A stretch of 64,000 nucleotides of DNA from Candidatus Peregrinibacteria bacterium (GCA_016699515.1 CP064978.1:892359-956358); one strand, 5' to 3'; counted from the first letter of the stretch, positions 55,652 through 64,000 are shown. Program-made: numbers and translations. Notes: a model not told the origin generated them from the letters alone.

Positions 55652-58546
55652 TTGAATAAAATAATTGTAAAAGGGGCTCGCGCCCATAATTTAAAGAACG
55701 TCGATGTAGAAATTCCACGCGATCAACTCGTGGTTTTAACCGGCCCTTCGGGCTCGGGCAAATCGTCGCTCGCGTTTGATACGATCTACGCCGAAGGTCA
55801 ACGCAGGTATGTGGAAAGTTTGAGCACCTACGCGCGCCAGTTTTTACAATTGATGGAAAAACCCGATGTGGATTCGATTGAAGGTCTTTCGCCCGCTATT
55901 TCGATCGACCAAAAAACCGCCAGCCGCAATCCACGTTCAACCGTAGGAACGGTGACTGAGATTTATGATTATTTACGCCTTTTGTTTGCCAAGGTTGGCA
56001 CGCCTCATTGCCCTGAATGCAATCGATTGATTCAACGTCAATCAGCAAGCCAAATGGTGGATATTATTGCCGACATGCCCGAAGGCAAACGCTTTATGCT
56101 TTTGTCCCCTATCATTAAAGATCGAAAAGGATCGCACGAAAAAGTGATCGAAAAAATCAGAAAAGATGGTTTTGTGCGCTTCCGTGTGAATGGAACTATT
56201 TATACCGTCAATGAAACAGTTGCCTTGGATCCCAAAAAAAAGCATAGCATCGAAATTGTGGTCGATCGCTTGGTGGTGCGCGATTTAAAGAAAAAATGGG
56301 TCACGCTTCAATCGGGCGAAACCGTTGAAGAAAAAAATGAAGATCGTTCGCGCTTGGCTGATTCCCTTGAAACTGCTTTGCGATACGGCGAAGGCATGAT
56401 TAAGGTGGTGGATGCCGATACGAATGAAGAAGAGCTTTTTTCGGAAAATTTTGCCTGCGACCACTGCAACATTTCCATCCCCGAAATTCAGCCTCGCTCG
56501 TTCAGCTTTAATTCGCCCCATGGGGCATGTGAGGATTGTCATGGCCTGGGAACCAAGCAAAAAATCAATCCCGATTTGGTGATGCCTAACCCCAAACTTA
56601 CCATTGCCGAGGGAGCAATTTTGCCTTGGTCGAATTCGTCCATGCGGCTGAATTGGTACAATGGACTTTTAAAAGAGGTGGGCAAAAAACACGGATTCAG
56701 TATCGATACGCCGATCGGCAAGCTGACCGATGAACAAGTGCGACTGATCCTTTATGGCACTGGCGAAGAAACCTATCGCACCCATTACAGCTCGCAACAC
56801 AACAGTCATGAATACACCACCACGTTTGAAGGCGTCATTCCCAATTTGGAGCGGCGCTATCACGAGTCCGAATCGGATTACGTGCGGCATAACATTGAAC
56901 GTTTTATGGAAGAACTGGCCTGCGAAAGCTGTGGTGGACAACGGCTTAAGCGCGAGGCGCTGAGCGTTCAAATCGATCAAAAGTCCATCATTGATGTGAC
57001 CGAGTTTTCCGTGGAGCAGGCGCAAGCATTTTTTGCCAAATTCAAACCTGAACATCCCGATTACTCTTTGAATGATTCCCAATACGCCATTTCGAAATTG
57101 ATCATTCAGGAAATTTCAAATCGCCTGGAGTTTTTGAACAATGTGGGGCTTTCTTATTTAACGCTCAGTCGGGCGGCTAATACCCTTTCGGGCGGAGAAG
57201 CACAACGCATTCGCTTGGCCACTCAAATTGGCTCATCCCTTCAGGGAGTGCTTTATGTTTTGGATGAGCCGTCGATCGGATTGCATCAGCGTGATAACGA
57301 TCGCCTGATTAAAACCATGGAGAATTTACGTGATTTGGGCAATACCGTTTTGGTGGTGGAACATGACGAGGATACGATCAATGCCGCCGATTATGTACTG
57401 GATATCGGTCCGGCTGCCGGAAAACATGGAGGCTATGTGGTGGCAGCGGGAACCGCTGAAGAGATCAAGCAAAATAAACAATCGATCACCGGTGATTATT
57501 TATCGGGACGGAAACAGATTGAAATTCCGGCCAAGCGCCGCAAGGGCAGCAACCATTTTTTAGAGATACTAGGTGCCGAGGAACACAACCTTCGCAAGGT
57601 GAATGTGAAGATTCCTTTGAACTGTTTTATTGGCGTGACCGGTGTATCGGGCTCGGGAAAATCGTCATTGATCAATCATATTTTGTGCCCGGTGCTCAAC
57701 ACCAAGCTCAACCGTGCCAAGCAACGCGCCGGAAAACATGAGGCGATTAAAGGCATTGAACACTTGGACAAAATCATTAACATTGATCAATCCCCCATTG
57801 GCCGTACTCCCCGCAGTAACCCTGCCACCTACACCGGAGTGTTTACGAATATTCGCGAACTGTTTGCCTCAACCAGCGAGGCGCAATTGCGTGGCTACAA
57901 AGAAGGGCGCTTTAGTTTTAATGTAAAAGGCGGCCGTTGTGAATCGTGCAAAGGAGACGGGATTGTGAAAATTGAAATGCACTTTCTACCGGATATTTAT
58001 GTGCCTTGCGAAATTTGTAAAGGCAGACGCTACAATGCCGAAGCGCTGGAAATTACCTGGAGGGGCAGCAACATTGCCGACGTTCTGGACATGACGGTGA
58101 ACGAAGCGCTGGAAGCCTTTGAAAGCATTCCACAAATCAAGAGCAAATTGGAAACCTTGCAAGATGTGGGATTGGGATACATTCACTTGGGTCAGAGCGC
58201 CACCACGCTTTCGGGTGGAGAGGCTCAGCGGGTCAAGCTGGCTACCGAGCTGGCTAAACGTGCTACCGGCCGCACCATTTATGTGTTGGATGAACCCACC
58301 ACCGGGCTTCATTTTGACGACGTTAAAAAACTGCTGAATGTACTTCAGGCCTTGGTAGATAAAGGAAATACGGTGCTGACCATCGAACACAATTTGGATG
58401 TGATCAAGTCGGTGGATTATGTGATCGATTTAGGGCCCGAAGGTGGCACCGGGGGCGGCAACATTGTATGCACCGGTACGCCCGAAGAAGTGGCCAAGCA
58501 CAAAGAAAGCCACACCGGACGCTATTTGGCGAAAATGCTTCTTTAA
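55652..58546 (+). CDS. uvrA: Excinuclease ABC subunit A
   Basis: 964 aa with two ABC ATPase modules (GPSGSGKSS, GVSGSGKSS), zinc-finger Cys clusters and LSGGEAQR signatures. Confidence 0.95.
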   Translation: MNKIIVKGARAHNLKNVDVEIPRDQLVVLTGPSGSGKSSLAFDTIYAEGQRRYVESLSTYARQFLQLMEKPDVDSIEGLSPAISIDQKTASRNPRSTVGTVTEIYDYLRLLFAKVGTPHCPECNRLIQRQSASQMVDIIADMPEGKRFMLLSPIIKDRKGSHEKVIEKIRKDGFVRFRVNGTIYTVNETVALDPKKKHSIEIVVDRLVVRDLKKKWVTLQSGETVEEKNEDRSRLADSLETALRYGEGMIKVVDADTNEEELFSENFACDHCNISIPEIQPRSFSFNSPHGACEDCHGLGTKQKINPDLVMPNPKLTIAEGAILPWSNSSMRLNWYNGLLKEVGKKHGFSIDTPIGKLTDEQVRLILYGTGEETYRTHYSSQHNSHEYTTTFEGVIPNLERRYHESESDYVRHNIERFMEELACESCGGQRLKREALSVQIDQKSIIDVTEFSVEQAQAFFAKFKPEHPDYSLNDSQYAISKLIIQEISNRLEFLNNVGLSYLTLSRAANTLSGGEAQRIRLATQIGSSLQGVLYVLDEPSIGLHQRDNDRLIKTMENLRDLGNTVLVVEHDEDTINAADYVLDIGPAAGKHGGYVVAAGTAEEIKQNKQSITGDYLSGRKQIEIPAKRRKGSNHFLEILGAEEHNLRKVNVKIPLNCFIGVTGVSGSGKSSLINHILCPVLNTKLNRAKQRAGKHEAIKGIEHLDKIINIDQSPIGRTPRSNPATYTGVFTNIRELFASTSEAQLRGYKEGRFSFNVKGGRCESCKGDGIVKIEMHFLPDIYVPCEICKGRRYNAEALEITWRGSNIADVLDMTVNEALEAFESIPQIKSKLETLQDVGLGYIHLGQSATTLSGGEAQRVKLATELAKRATGRTIYVLDEPTTGLHFDDVKKLLNVLQALVDKGNTVLTIEHNLDVIKSVDYVIDLGPEGGTGGGNIVCTGTPEEVAKHKESHTGRYLAKMLL

Positions 58547-58630
58547 ATTACTTATTATCAATTATTTATTACTTATTAACTGCTCGTTCAAATTCCCTGC
58601 CAGTTAATAAGTAATGGTTAATAAGTAATT
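58547..58630. repeat. Low-complexity hairpin (word TTAATAAGTAA) between convergent uvrA and the PP2C gene
   Basis: CTTATTAACTG (58572..58582) pairs perfectly with CAGTTAATAAG (58601..58611). The arms extend with tandem TTACTTATTA words, and the right arm contains the PP2C stop. Confidence 0.75.
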
Positions 58631-59432
58631 ATTCGCTGCGTTTAGCAACCAATAGTGTCATATCATCTTGTTGAGGGGCTCCCCCCATGAATGACTGAAT
58701 GTCTTTAGCAACACGGTCCATAATGGTATTGGCACTTTTGTGATGCGCGTTTTTTACAATCGCATTCATCAACCGCTCCATCCCGTATTGCTCTCGGTGG
58801 TCGCGGCGCGCCTCTAGCACCCCGTCGGTATACAGTACGGCAATGTCGTTGGGCTGCATTTCGATTTGATGCGTGGTGATTCGTGCCGATAGGTCGGGCA
58901 CCATTCCCAATGCCATTCCTCCGATTGGCAAGAGCTCGACTTGATTTTGTTCAGCACGATACAACAAAATAGGGTAATGGCCGGCCTGTGTAAACGAAAG
59001 CGTATTGATGGCGTGATTCCAATTGGCCATCACCATGGTCATAATGAATTCAGAACTGAATTTTCGGTGAAATACCTGATTCAAGGCGATCAAAATTTCT
59101 TCGGTGGAACGATATTGATTCATGAATGCGGTGATGAGCGCATTATTTAACACCGCAATTAAACTTGCGGGCATCCCGTGCCCCATCACATCGCTCACAT
59201 AAAACATCAAATTTCCTTCATCCACGGGCAAAAAATCGTAGTCATCCCCGCCCACCGTTTCGGCCTGCCACAAACCCGCTGCCAGATCGAGATTGGGCAC
59301 TTGTGGCACCGATTGAGGCAATAGTTCGCGCTGGATGCGTCCAGCGAGTTCTAGCTCTTTTATCATTTGCTGCAAACCAAATTGGGTTTGAAGATAAGGA
59401 GTTTTTTGATCGGTAGGGGTCCATTTAGGCAT
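58629..59432 (-). CDS. PP2C/SpoIIE-family serine phosphatase (stand-alone)
   Basis: ELELAGRIQRELLP, GGDDYDF, DVMGHG, TDGVLEA. ATG 59432 preferred over the TTG of the ORF track. Confidence 0.8.
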   Translation of the reverse strand: MPKWTPTDQKTPYLQTQFGLQQMIKELELAGRIQRELLPQSVPQVPNLDLAAGLWQAETVGGDDYDFLPVDEGNLMFYVSDVMGHGMPASLIAVLNNALITAFMNQYRSTEEILIALNQVFHRKFSSEFIMTMVMANWNHAINTLSFTQAGHYPILLYRAEQNQVELLPIGGMALGMVPDLSARITTHQIEMQPNDIAVLYTDGVLEARRDHREQYGMERLMNAIVKNAHHKSANTIMDRVAKDIQSFMGGAPQQDDMTLLVAKRSE

Positions 59433-60999
59433 CGGTTTTTTTAATAACAATTAAAGTGATATCGTCGGCTTGGGGATAACTGCCCATGTAGTCACGCACA
59501 TCTTTCATAATTCCATCATGAATCTCGCGCGCTGTATTTAAATGACTGTTTTTTAAAACTGATTCTTTAAAACGCTCCATTCCATAATTTTTAGTGGGGG
59601 CTGACCAAGCCTCGGGAATCCCGTCGGTGTAAAGTACAATCACGTCTCCTTGAGCTATTTTGACCGACTCCGTTTTAACCACTTTGCTCACGTCGGGAAC
59701 CATTCCCAATGCCATTCCTCCGGACGATAACACTTTGAGTTCGTTTCCACTCACATGGATCATGGGGTCGTGCCCGGCCTGGGTAAAATGAATGGTGGAA
59801 TCGGAAACCGACCAAATCGCCATCAACATTGTCATGAAAACATCTGCACGTGTTTTGGCTTTTAAAATACGGTTCAAATGGATCACTAATTCTTGAGTGG
59901 TGTTGTACCGATCCATAAAAGCCGGGACCAATGCATTGTTAATGGCAGAAACCAATCCGTCCGAAACTCCATGGCCGGTTACGTCGGCAATGTAAAAAAG
60001 CAATTGGTCGTCCCCAATGGGAATGAAGTCGTAACAATCTCCCCCCACCTCTTCGGCCGATTTTAAGCTCGCCGCCATATCCAACCCTTTCATAACCGGC
60101 AGTTCGGTTGGTAGTAACGCGCGCTGAATTTCTCCGGCCAATTCCAACTCACGCGTGAGCTTTTCTTTTTCCACCAATTGGTCGGTACTATTTTTTAAAT
60201 CAGCCGCCATTCGATTGAACGTTTGGGCCAATTGCCCCATTTCGTTTTTGGTATTCACATCGATGTGAGTGTCCAGATCTCCTTTACCAATTTTCAACGC
60301 TCCTTGAGTGAGAGTTTTGATCGGCTTGGTAATTTGTCCGGCAATGATTTGCCCCACCGCTAACGTAATTAAAATGCCCAGCGCCGCCAGAATGATCATG
60401 GAATTGCGTGTGGTGCGAATCCGTTCGGCCAAGGCTTGATACGTGACGCCGTAGCGCACCGAAAATGCGCGGAGAGAATTGTTGGGATCGCGAAAGGGAT
60501 AAATCACGTCGCTGATCTGCTCGTCTGCAGAAATAGGATCCGCTTGCGCTCCATTAAAATCTGTAAAATCCACTTCGGTTTGGCCTTCGGAACGACTGAG
60601 ATACACCACACGACCTTCGACGGTTTTTACCGATGGTAAAATCGCCTGAATGCGCTCCAACAATTCTTCGTCAACCAATTTTACCTGATTATTGGCCGAC
60701 TGATAGAGCGCCTCACCAGCGTAATTGAATACCCCCATTCCATCGATATCTTCGTTTAAGTTAAAAATTTCGGCTTCAACGCGCTTAAAATAAACATCGA
60801 TGCCTTGCAACAAATTATTCTCGTAATTGGCGATCACGCGCTCGTGGGTCAAATCGGCAAAGCTGATGGCATTTTCAAAAATATCCAAGTTAATTTCCTT
60901 CACCTTTTGGTTGACTACAAAATAAGCGGTGGTGATTAAGGTGAGCAAAATCACAAACGAGGTTCCGGCAATGATTTGAGCACGAATAGAACGGAGCAT
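59425..60999 (-). CDS. Membrane sensor with HAMP domain and PP2C/SpoIIE phosphatase domain
   Basis: Two TMs flank a periplasmic region. HAMP (ITKPIKTLTQGALKIGKGDLD), ELELAGEIQRALLP, GGDCYDF, DVTGHG, TDGIPEA. Confidence 0.8.
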   Translation of the reverse strand: MLRSIRAQIIAGTSFVILLTLITTAYFVVNQKVKEINLDIFENAISFADLTHERVIANYENNLLQGIDVYFKRVEAEIFNLNEDIDGMGVFNYAGEALYQSANNQVKLVDEELLERIQAILPSVKTVEGRVVYLSRSEGQTEVDFTDFNGAQADPISADEQISDVIYPFRDPNNSLRAFSVRYGVTYQALAERIRTTRNSMIILAALGILITLAVGQIIAGQITKPIKTLTQGALKIGKGDLDTHIDVNTKNEMGQLAQTFNRMAADLKNSTDQLVEKEKLTRELELAGEIQRALLPTELPVMKGLDMAASLKSAEEVGGDCYDFIPIGDDQLLFYIADVTGHGVSDGLVSAINNALVPAFMDRYNTTQELVIHLNRILKAKTRADVFMTMLMAIWSVSDSTIHFTQAGHDPMIHVSGNELKVLSSGGMALGMVPDVSKVVKTESVKIAQGDVIVLYTDGIPEAWSAPTKNYGMERFKESVLKNSHLNTAREIHDGIMKDVRDYMGSYPQADDITLIVIKKTDA

Positions 61000-61117
61000 C
61001 GAAGAAAGATTAATCTTTTTATTATAGCATTTTTCCCTCGAAAATTCAATGGTAAAACTTGACAAGTAGGCATGCTATTTGGTTTAATTTTCCCCTTAAC
61101 CCCTAACCCATTGCCCT

Positions 61118-61774
61118 ATGGGACGAGCCGGAAAAAAGCCTTCTATTCGACACAATGAAAATGAAGCAATAAAATCCCTTTTAAGAGCCTCAAAAGCCCA
61201 AAACTTTGGGCCGGACCAAATGCCCCTAGCAACCAATGGCAGGCCTGATTTTTTGATTTGCGGCGCCGTACGCGACGCGCTTTTTAGTGTTTTTAAATTA
61301 TCGGGCACTCTTGCCTCCGATAACATTCCAGCACTAAAGGAGCGCTTGGATGATTTACAACTTGAGTTAATGGAAACAATGGAGGCGAGCGGGTTGAACG
61401 AAGGACCACTCACTAATGCACGCGCCTTGGTGGATCAAGTTTTGCAAGCTGCTGGATATGACCCCGAGGCATTTGGAGGAACCGAGGAAATCTATAACTA
61501 CAAAACGCACCAAAAAGAACCGCATGGTCGAACTATGTCTCTGCAAGATTTATGCACAGCTCTCGATCGGCTACCTGTCACCGATGCGCTACAAGCGTTG
61601 CGACAGGGCGTTTTAGAAGCCTTGAAGGCGAACGAAGATTTACAAACCGACCTTAGACTACGATGGGTTGATGAGCAAATGCAAAACCTAGGCGTTGTTA
61701 AGCCCAGCGCAGATCAAGGGAAAACACCAAAAAAACATGTGGGGCCCCGTAGCAATCGTTGGGAATATAGGTAA
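61118..61774 (+). CDS. Hypothetical protein (218 aa)
   Basis: Clean ORF with no recognisable motif. Confidence 0.45.
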   Translation: MGRAGKKPSIRHNENEAIKSLLRASKAQNFGPDQMPLATNGRPDFLICGAVRDALFSVFKLSGTLASDNIPALKERLDDLQLELMETMEASGLNEGPLTNARALVDQVLQAAGYDPEAFGGTEEIYNYKTHQKEPHGRTMSLQDLCTALDRLPVTDALQALRQGVLEALKANEDLQTDLRLRWVDEQMQNLGVVKPSADQGKTPKKHVGPRSNRWEYR

Positions 61775-61776
61775 GC

Positions 61777-62181
61777 CTAAACCGTCAACAAAATAAAGGC
61801 CACTGTTGCCCCAAACAACGCCCCCACAATCACTTCGATGTGAGTGTGACCGAGCGATTCTTCGAGTTTGGCTTTGGGCATTAGTTTGTTTAGCCAGTAG
61901 GCGTGTTGACCGGCTTCGTTGCGCACATTGATGGCGTCATACATCACCACCAGTGCCACCACTGCGCTGGTCATAAACGCGGTGCTTTGAAGTCCTTCGC
62001 GGTAGGCCACCACCACCACCAATGCGGATACAAACGATGAATGGCCACTGGGCATTCCCCCGGTGTTGATGAAGCGGATTTTGTGACGTTGACGAAAAAG
62101 ATCCACCATTGCCTTGGCAATTTCGGCAGCCAAAATGGCCACAAAAGGGATCGAAATGGGATATTCGCGAAAGAATTCCAT
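61777..62181 (-). CDS. Divergent PAP2-family membrane protein (acid phosphatase / vanadium haloperoxidase-related)
   Basis: GGMPSGHSSFVSAL motif, 134 aa, 3-4 TMs. Confidence 0.65.
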   Translation of the reverse strand: MEFFREYPISIPFVAILAAEIAKAMVDLFRQRHKIRFINTGGMPSGHSSFVSALVVVVAYREGLQSTAFMTSAVVALVVMYDAINVRNEAGQHAYWLNKLMPKAKLEESLGHTHIEVIVGALFGATVAFILLTV

Positions 62182-62290
62182 GACAAAAATTTATTACGCT
62201 TATTCTAAGTTAAAAAGGGGGGTCCATGCAAGCGTTGTCGGGTTGTTTGTTTCCCTGTTCTATGGTACTATCCGATCAAACACAAATCCA

Positions 62291-62845
62291 ATGACATACT
62301 TATTTAAACGGCTCATTGCTTCGGCAATGCTTATCGTCACCCTTACGGCTTGCGGCGGATCCACACCCCCCGAGGACACCCTTCAAACCTATCAGGGCGA
62401 TCATTTCACGATCAGCGTTCCCAAGGAGTGGGAAGTTTTGACGCGCTCTGATTTTTTTGCCGATATTCCTCAGCAGGCTTTGGTGGCCTTTACCAGCCCC
62501 GAAGGTTACGACGGGTTCTTTTTGAACATTAGCGTATTGGGTGAAGACCTAAATCAAGCCGTTTCTTCGATCGATTATGGACGTGCCAATATTAATTTAG
62601 CCAATCAAAACGTGGTGGACTACGAAAAAATACAAGAGGCCACGCTCGACGTGGGTGAACAAAAAGCCTTGGTTCATATTTTCCACGGGCGACTAAATCC
62701 GAGCGAGAAATTGATACGTTTTGTGCAAATGTATGTTACCAGCGGAGAAATGGGTTATGTTGTTTCGGCAGGAATGCTGCCCGACACCCCCAAAGATATT
62801 CGTGATCAAATAGGAGCGGCAGTGACCAGCTTTCGGTTGCAGTAA
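62291..62845 (+). CDS. Lipoprotein of unknown function
   Basis: Signal peptide with lipobox LTAC (MTYLFKRLIASAMLIVTLTACGG). Internal ATG chosen. Confidence 0.6.
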   Translation: MTYLFKRLIASAMLIVTLTACGGSTPPEDTLQTYQGDHFTISVPKEWEVLTRSDFFADIPQQALVAFTSPEGYDGFFLNISVLGEDLNQAVSSIDYGRANINLANQNVVDYEKIQEATLDVGEQKALVHIFHGRLNPSEKLIRFVQMYVTSGEMGYVVSAGMLPDTPKDIRDQIGAAVTSFRLQ

Positions 62846-63019
62846 TTTTATAACCTTGGTATTCGAGTTGCTTTTATTGGGCAACTTTGTTAAAAATGCC
62901 TTGCACCCAAAATAAGGTACCGTGGCGAAGCCTGCCTACCGGTAGGTAGGTTGGCTCATTTTCTACCATGGTGCAATCAAGGTTCCGCTCGCGCAGGTTT
63001 CAAGAGCGCTCAAATCAAA

Positions 63020-63096
63020 GGTACCGTGGCGAAGTTGGCTAACGCTGGGCTCTGCAAAAGCTCCATTCGCAGGTTCGAGTCCCGCCGGTACCTCCA
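63020..63096 (+). tRNA. tRNA-Cys (anticodon GCA), CCA encoded
   Basis: GGTACCG/CGGTACC acceptor stem, anticodon stem GGGCT/AGCTC with loop CTGCAAA, T loop TTCGAGT (one A-C mismatch in the T stem), discriminator T, then CCA. Confidence 0.85.
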
Positions 63097-63186
63097 TTAA
63101 TAATAGACTAAGTCGGCGGACGAGAAGTTGATCCGCCGCAGGCGGAAGTCCCGCCGGTACCTCCATTCATTTTTACCTGTTGCCCA

Positions 63187-63882
63187 ATGTCTTCCTCGTC
63201 CGAAGTGGCTCTTTCACCATCGGTAATTCAGCGCCACGAAGGCTTGGGGATAGATTATGTTAAACGGCCTGGCGGACTACCTGACCTGATTAAACTCACG
63301 CGTCGCCGACTCCTTTTGACTCCCCGACCTTTTGCCACTACAAAAACTCATTACACCTTCTGCGTTTTGGGCCATACCGTTCACATCGAAGTGGATCGCG
63401 AAGCGACGCCGGAAGCGGAAAGCTTAAAACAAGTCGAACTGTTTGCTGAAGAGCTGGCGAATTTTTTACGCATAAAACAGCAAGAAGTAGTTCAGTTAGG
63501 CAATGAGGCCTCTCATTTTGAGCAACTCATTGCAGCGTTGGGCCAGGGCAACGCTTGGATTATTACCAGTGTGTTCCGGTTCGCCCATTCGGTGCGCAAC
63601 GTATTTCATTTTCGATCCCCTTTTGTTAAACGATATACGCAAAATCATAGCAATTTGCTGTCGGACACCTTATCGATTGTTCAACAATCTATCCAGTCGG
63701 TTGAAACTTTACACCAACAATTAAACAATACTGGTGATGACTATTCAAATTCATTGCAAGAACTCTTGGGGAAAATATTGGCTGATCTGAATGCTTTAAG
63801 TAGTTCATTCGCATGCCAGATAGCGGCACAAAGCGCGATCCGAAACATCTTGGGCTACAACGACAGTCGCTCAACCTTATAA
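63187..63882 (+). CDS. Hypothetical protein (231 aa)
   Basis: Clean ORF with no recognisable motif. Confidence 0.45.
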   Translation: MSSSSEVALSPSVIQRHEGLGIDYVKRPGGLPDLIKLTRRRLLLTPRPFATTKTHYTFCVLGHTVHIEVDREATPEAESLKQVELFAEELANFLRIKQQEVVQLGNEASHFEQLIAALGQGNAWIITSVFRFAHSVRNVFHFRSPFVKRYTQNHSNLLSDTLSIVQQSIQSVETLHQQLNNTGDDYSNSLQELLGKILADLNALSSSFACQIAAQSAIRNILGYNDSRSTL

Positions 63883-64000
63883 ATCATCCCGCGTTTGTCA
63901 TCGGTGATGTAGAGGGTTCCCCCTGGCTGGATTAAAAGATCGACCGGGCGACCGATTGACTGGCCATTTTCGTCGAGCCACCCAGTAATAAAATCAGATT
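63855..64000 (-). CDS. C-terminal end of a beta-propeller (PQQ/sorbosone-dehydrogenase-like) protein; the gene continues beyond the window
   Basis: My translation is ..SDFITGWLDENGQSIGRPVDLLIQPGGTLYITDDKRGMIYKVERLSL-stop. The GRPV..G.LY..DD..G.IY pattern is typical of that C-terminus. Confidence 0.4.
   Translation of the reverse strand, partial: SDFITGWLDENGQSIGRPVDLLIQPGGTLYITDDKRGMIYKVERLSL

Noticed and set aside
62916-63167. Integrated prophage or genomic island at tRNA-Cys.
   Set aside because: The duplicated tRNA ends are only 48 and 89 nt from the gene. No integrase or phage-like genes flank the locus within the window.
1-64000. Alternative genetic code (UGA or UAG reassignment) as the explanation for the many split genes.
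   Set aside because: The splits are changes of reading frame, not in-frame stop codons. An RF2 gene, which reads UGA, is present, and all three stop codons terminate well-supported genes.

Overview
This is a 64-kb chromosomal segment with most genes on the minus strand. No rRNA, CRISPR array, transposase or integrase was recognised. The small-genome gene content, pilus cluster and repeat style suggest a Patescibacteria/CPR-like bacterium, but that is inference only.

Content:
- Housekeeping genes: prfB, def, tatD, radA, nadE, ruvX, rpsT, rplL, rplJ, rluD, rplU, rplS, yggS, infB, tmk, purD, purF, folD, nfu, tsaD, lgt and uvrA.
- Three tRNAs: Leu-CAG, Leu-TAG and Cys-GCA.
- A roughly 12.5-kb type IV pilus cluster at 25.3-37.8 kb: two pilins, PilO/N/M, four minor or pilin-like proteins including a roughly 700-aa adhesin-like one, then PilC, PilB, an atypical receiver protein and PilT.
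- A cysteine-rich surface-protein locus at 41.7-46.1 kb.
- A signalling stretch at 52.4-61 kb: CHASE2 cyclase, cNMP-binding protein and two PP2C/SpoIIE phosphatases.

Main observations:
1. A 47-nt palindromic element occurs in frame inside two unrelated genes, nadB and tsaD, in opposite orientations.
2. Two four-helix-bundle (23S-IVS/Avd-like) genes are each bracketed by low-complexity inverted repeats. A wider set of ORF-less 'single-word' palindromes sits in intergenic regions and often supplies the stop codons of flanking genes.
3. An AT-richer orphan gene has weak RelA/SpoT-like motifs.
4. tRNA-Cys is bracketed by short duplications of both its ends.
5. About forty frame breaks occur, most of those I could localise lying in homopolymer runs. 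I read these as sequence-quality artefacts rather than biology, and they condition every CDS call here.

All calls come from reading the sequence and ORF translations. No database search was run.
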